Source: a virus (taxonomy: Duplodnaviria; Heunggongvirae; Uroviricota; Caudoviricetes). From it: a stretch of DNA of 2,083 nt. Shown piece by piece: positions 1 to 2,083 of the stretch (its first letter is position 1; every line of letters starts with the position of its first letter). Both the position numbers and the translations under genes were made by a program. A model generated the notes under the pieces. That model was given only the letters and a program-made list of their open reading frames with translations, did not search any database and was not told the origin of the DNA. Where the stretch lies: the IMG/VR virus record IMGVR_UViG_2711768034_000008, one strand, 5' to 3'.

Positions 1-68
1 AAGATATGATGTGATGGCATTTTATAAAGTTATTTTTTGAAGTGTAAGATTATACGATATTTTTAGCT

Positions 69-100
69 ACGCCAGAATAATTGCTGGCGTTTTTCTTTTT
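69..100 (+). terminator. Candidate rho-independent terminator (tR'-like) upstream of the lysis genes
   Basis: Seen in sequence: 7-bp stem ACGCCAG (69-75) / CTGGCGT (84-90) with an 8-nt loop, followed directly by TTTTCTTTTT (91-100). Position about 90 nt upstream of the holin start fits the late-operon terminator that Q antitermination reads through in lambdoid phages (inference). Stem is short and not very GC-rich, so strength is uncertain. Confidence 0.4.
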
Positions 101-190
101 GAATAGATGTTCGGGCCTTACGCTAATGTAACTTCTTTCCTTCTTCGAACCAAACCGTGTACACCATCCGTTATCTGCGGAGGTGAGGCT

Positions 191-406
191 ATGAAATCCA
201 TGGATAAGTTAACAACGGGCATCGCCTACAGCACCTCTGCAGGCAGTGCTGGCTACTGGTTTTTACAGTTGCTCGATAAAGTCACGCCCTCACAGTGGGC
301 GGCAATAGGTGTATTGGGTAGTCTGGTATTTGGCATGCTGACGTATCTGACAAACCTTTATTTCAAGATTAAAGAAGACAGGCGTAAGGTTGCGAGAAGA
401 GAGTAA
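191..406 (+). CDS. essQ: Phage class II holin (pinholin), S21 / EssD / EssQ family, 71 aa, with dual-start antiholin/holin motif
   Basis: Translation [71 protein letters not shown]. Same length and architecture as phage 21 S21 and the E. coli prophage holins EssD/EssQ, recalled from memory: weakly hydrophobic Gly/Ala/Ser-rich TMD1, hydrophobic TMD2, basic C-terminal tail. Strong SD GGAGGT at 179-184, 6 nt before ATG 191; second in-frame ATG at 200. Stop TAA 404-406. The symbol essQ is a family-level guess based on pairing with an RrrQ-like endolysin; essD-like is also possible. Confidence 0.9.
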   Translation: MKSMDKLTTGIAYSTSAGSAGYWFLQLLDKVTPSQWAAIGVLGSLVFGMLTYLTNLYFKIKEDRRKVARRE

Positions 407-410
407 TCCA

Positions 411-962
411 ATGACTCAAGACTATGAACTGGTTGTGAAAGGAGTTCGCAATTTTGAGAATAAAGTGGCGGTAACTGTAGCCTTACGGGACAAAAAACAC
501 TTTGACGGTGAAATTTTTGACCTGGACATCTCGCTGGACCGTGTTGAAGGTGCCGCGCTGGAGTTTTATGAGGCAGCAGCCAGAAGGAGCATCAGACAGG
601 TCTTCCTGGATGTTGCTGCCGGGTTATGTGAAGGGGATGAGCAGTCGCCGGAAAAGCGCCCCATAATTTTAGAGGCGCAGAATGTGTGGATAACCTACAA
701 AGGAAAGCTACCGGGAAGAATTACTGGTTCTCTGAAGACGCCACCGACGGCATTGCGGTCAGAAAAAGATGATATTGAATCGCCCATTGAAAAACTGGAG
801 GGCAGCGTCGCTGATCTGAATAAAAAATTGTCGGTGCTGATTCCTTCTGAAGATGAAAAAAAACGCCGCGATGAGCAGTTTGCGGCGTTTTACGATTATT
901 GCATTGAAGTTACTCGCAGGAATTTTGTGAAGATTTTTGAGGAGGGTAAATCTCTTCAGTAA
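411..962 (+). CDS. Hypothetical protein, 183 aa, hydrophilic and acidic, no predicted TM segment; translationally coupled to the holin
   Basis: Long open frame (MTQDYELVVKGVRNFENKVAVTVALRDKKHFDGEIFDLDISLDRVEG...FVKIFEEGKSLQ). ATG 411 lies 4 nt after the holin stop, preceded by an AGAGAG-like weak SD (398-404). Codon usage is broadly E. coli-like. I do not recognise the family. The track's TTG at 390 is a less likely start. Stop TAA 960-962. Confidence 0.6.
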   Translation: MTQDYELVVKGVRNFENKVAVTVALRDKKHFDGEIFDLDISLDRVEGAALEFYEAAARRSIRQVFLDVAAGLCEGDEQSPEKRPIILEAQNVWITYKGKLPGRITGSLKTPPTALRSEKDDIESPIEKLEGSVADLNKKLSVLIPSEDEKKRRDEQFAAFYDYCIEVTRRNFVKIFEEGKSLQ

Positions 963-1170
963 GCTTATTGGCGGACGCTGCAATTAATTCAGGAAGGTCC
1001 GCAAGGTCATCTGTCAGTGGATATGATGAAAAATCGGCGGCAGTTCTGTTAAGAAGCGCTTTAACTAATTCCTTTTCCTTCTCCGGCAACAAGTTGATTA
1101 GAGCTACGACTGCTTGCCTGAGTGCGATTAAATCAGCAAAAGTTTGTTTAGGTAGATTTGTGTAATCCAT
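910..1170 (-). CDS. Hypothetical small protein, 86 aa, acidic and predicted helical, encoded opposite to the lysis operon
   Basis: Minus-strand ORF MDYTNLPKQTFADLIALRQAVVALINLLPEKEKELVKALLNRTAADFSSYPLTDDLADLPELIAASANKLTEEIYPPQKSSQNSCE. ATG at 1168-1170 (plus-strand CAT) preceded by GAGG with a 5-nt spacer (minus-strand AGAGGCGACT-ATG). The region is visibly more AT-rich (roughly 37% GC in a 60-nt sample versus about 53% in the endolysin) and uses rarer codons (CTA, AGG, TTA), as horizontally acquired genes often do. The last 17 codons overlap the 3' end of the 411-962 gene. Family not recognised. Confidence 0.5.
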   Translation of the reverse strand: MDYTNLPKQTFADLIALRQAVVALINLLPEKEKELVKALLNRTAADFSSYPLTDDLADLPELIAASANKLTEEIYPPQKSSQNSCE

Positions 1171-1283
1171 AGTCGCCTCTGTGTTTATCAGATTGACATC
1201 CTCCTCCCGCCAGTGCCCATCACTGGTGAGGTAAGATTTAACATATCCGGGGATTTGAAGCCGATAAATCCTGATAAATATCC

Positions 1284-1820
1284 ATGAACGTAAAAATCAG
1301 ATACAGCCTGTCGGCCGCTGTTCTGGCACTGATTGCCGCCAGTGCTCCTGCCCCTGACATTCTCGATCAGTTTCTGGATGAAAAAGAGGGGAATCACACC
1401 ACTGCATACCGCGATGGCTCCGGCATATGGACCATCTGTCGGGGAGCAACGATGGTGGACGGTAAACCTGTTATTCCGGGAATGAAACTGTCGAAGGAAA
1501 AATGCGCCCAGGTTAACGCCATTGAGCGGGATAAGGCGCTGGCATGGGTGGAGCGCAATATAAAAGTTCCACTGACCGAGCCACAGAAAGCCGGTATCGC
1601 GTCATTCTGTCCCTATAACATTGGCCCTGGTAAGTGTTTTCCGTCGACGTTTTATAAGCGGCTTAATGCCGGTGATCGTAAAGGCGCATGCGAGGCGATT
1701 CGCTGGTGGATAAAGGACGGTGGACGTGATTGCCGCATTCGTTCAAATAATTGTTACGGTCAGGTTATTCGGCGTGACCAGGAGAGTGATCCTACCCACG
1801 TAATATGGACACAGGCCTAA
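1284..1820 (+). CDS. rrrQ: SAR endolysin (phage lysozyme, GH24 T4-lysozyme-like, R21 / RrrD / RrrQ class); 3' end fused to IS3 terminal sequence
   Basis: Translation [54 protein letters not shown]... N-terminus has basic residues followed by an Ala/Ser-rich weakly hydrophobic stretch (signal-anchor-release type). Catalytic triad Glu35 / Asp44 / Thr50 sits at the same positions as in phage 21 R21 (LEG...YKD...WTVC versus EKEG...YRD...WTIC here). The ORF is open to TAA 1818-1820, but from 1787 onward the codons are IS3 terminal-repeat sequence, so the last 10 residues ([10 protein letters not shown]) are not native. Symbol rrrQ is a family-level assignment from memory, not a database hit. No obvious SD upstream of ATG 1284. 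Confidence 0.88.
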
Positions 1821-1825
1821 GCGAG
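1787..1825 (-). repeat. IS3 terminal inverted repeat (orfB-proximal end)
   Basis: Sequence TGATCCTACCCACGTAATATGGACACAGGCCTAAG... starting at 1787 matches my recollection of the IS3 terminus (TGATC... ends). The transposase stop codon (plus-strand CTA at 1817-1819) lies inside it, as in IS3. Exact IR length (about 39 bp) is from memory. Confidence 0.6.
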
Positions 1826-2083
1826 GTTCTTGTTTTCAAATTGTTCCGGACTGAGGCCGCCACACCAACTGTGCCGCCGCCACCGATTGTAATCACATTC
1901 GATATAATTAAACACCGTTGCCCGCATTATTTCCCGGCTGATAAAGTGTTCTCCATGGATACATTCCACTTTCAGCGAATGAAAGAAGCTTTCCACGCAG
2001 GCATTATCGTAGCAGCAACCTTTTGCGCTCATACTTCCACGCAGATTATGCCGCTTCAGTTGCGCCTGATAATCTGCTGAACA
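1817..2083 (-). CDS. insF: IS3 family transposase OrfB (DDE integrase core), C-terminal portion; 5' part lies outside the window
   Basis: Minus-strand translation ...[88 protein letters not shown] with stop TAG at 1817-1819. Contains the conserved YDNAxxESFF motif carrying the catalytic Glu of the DDE triad and the IS3-type C-terminal tail. The frame is open to the window edge, so the Met at 2030-2032 in the ORF track is internal, not the start. Confidence 0.92.

Larger units (their letters stand above)
1787..2083 (-). mobile_element. IS3 insertion sequence (IS3 family), partial; continues beyond the right edge of the window
   Basis: Terminal repeat at 1787 plus minus-strand coding sequence identical in my recollection to the C-terminus of IS3 OrfB (InsF). 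Only about 300 bp of the roughly 1.26-kb element is in the window. Confidence 0.88.

Noticed and set aside
107-190. N-terminal extension of the holin ORF (track start at 107, 99 aa)
   Set aside because: The strong SD GGAGGT at 179-184 serves ATG 191, and the 71-aa product matches the length of S21-family holins. The extra 28 codons would run through the SD and have no ribosome-binding site of their own.
390-410. TTG start at 390 for the 183-aa ORF, overlapping the holin stop
   Set aside because: ATG at 411 with an upstream purine-rich stretch is the more conventional start. The TTG alternative cannot be excluded without proteomic data.
759-983. 74-aa minus-strand ORF inside the 183-aa gene
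   Set aside because: Lies almost wholly antisense within a longer, better-supported ORF; composition (FFFIFRR, Arg/Phe/Ile-rich) looks like a shadow frame; no convincing SD.
971-1002. Inverted repeat GCGGAC-N20-GTCCGC just after the 183-aa gene stop, as a possible terminator
   Set aside because: Large loop, no following T-tract, and it lies inside the minus-strand coding region; more likely coincidental.
968-1165. 65-aa plus-strand ORF antisense to the 86-aa minus-strand gene
   Set aside because: Starts at TTG with no SD; Ser/Ala/Arg-rich composition typical of an antisense frame. The minus-strand ORF has an ATG, an SD and a more protein-like sequence. Only one of the two is likely real and I favour the minus strand, with moderate confidence.
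1193-1198. Consensus -35 hexamer TTGACA as a promoter for the endolysin
   Set aside because: No acceptable -10 hexamer at 16-18 bp spacing (the downstream sequence is CCCATC-like), so a sigma70 promoter cannot be supported from sequence alone.
1188-1397. 69-aa minus-strand ORF overlapping the endolysin start
   Set aside because: Antisense to the well-supported endolysin N-terminus and running into the divergent spacer; Gly/Arg/Ser-rich low-complexity translation.
1805-2080. 91-aa plus-strand ORF within the IS3 segment
   Set aside because: Antisense to the IS3 transposase coding sequence, which is identified with high confidence on the minus strand; Pro-run (PTVPPPPIV) is a typical shadow-frame artefact.
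1-2083. CRISPR array, tRNA or rRNA genes
   Set aside because: No direct-repeat/spacer periodicity, no cloverleaf-compatible conserved tRNA motifs, and no rRNA-like sequence were seen on either strand.

Overview
This window is the lysis region of a lambdoid (phage 21 / Qin / DLP12-type) enterobacterial prophage, interrupted at its right end by an IS3 insertion sequence. Left to right: an AT-rich leader with a hairpin plus T-tract (candidate tR'-like terminator, 69-100); a 71-aa class II pinholin of the S21 / EssD / EssQ family with the Met1-Lys-Ser-Met4 dual-start motif (191-406); an unrecognised 183-aa hydrophilic ORF whose start lies 4 nt after the holin stop (411-962); a convergent, AT-richer 86-aa ORF on the minus strand whose 3' end overlaps the previous gene by 53 bp (910-1170); a 113-bp divergent spacer; and a SAR endolysin (GH24, R21-type, catalytic E35/D44/T50 intact; 1284-1820). 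The terminal inverted repeat of an IS3 element begins at 1787 inside the last codons of the endolysin gene, replacing its native C-terminus with 10 IS-encoded residues. The C-terminal part of the IS3 OrfB transposase (InsF) is encoded on the minus strand from 1817 to the window edge. No spanin genes, tRNA, rRNA or CRISPR are visible. The most interesting part is the two-gene insert of unknown function between holin and endolysin, a classic moron position. I could not assign it a function from sequence alone.
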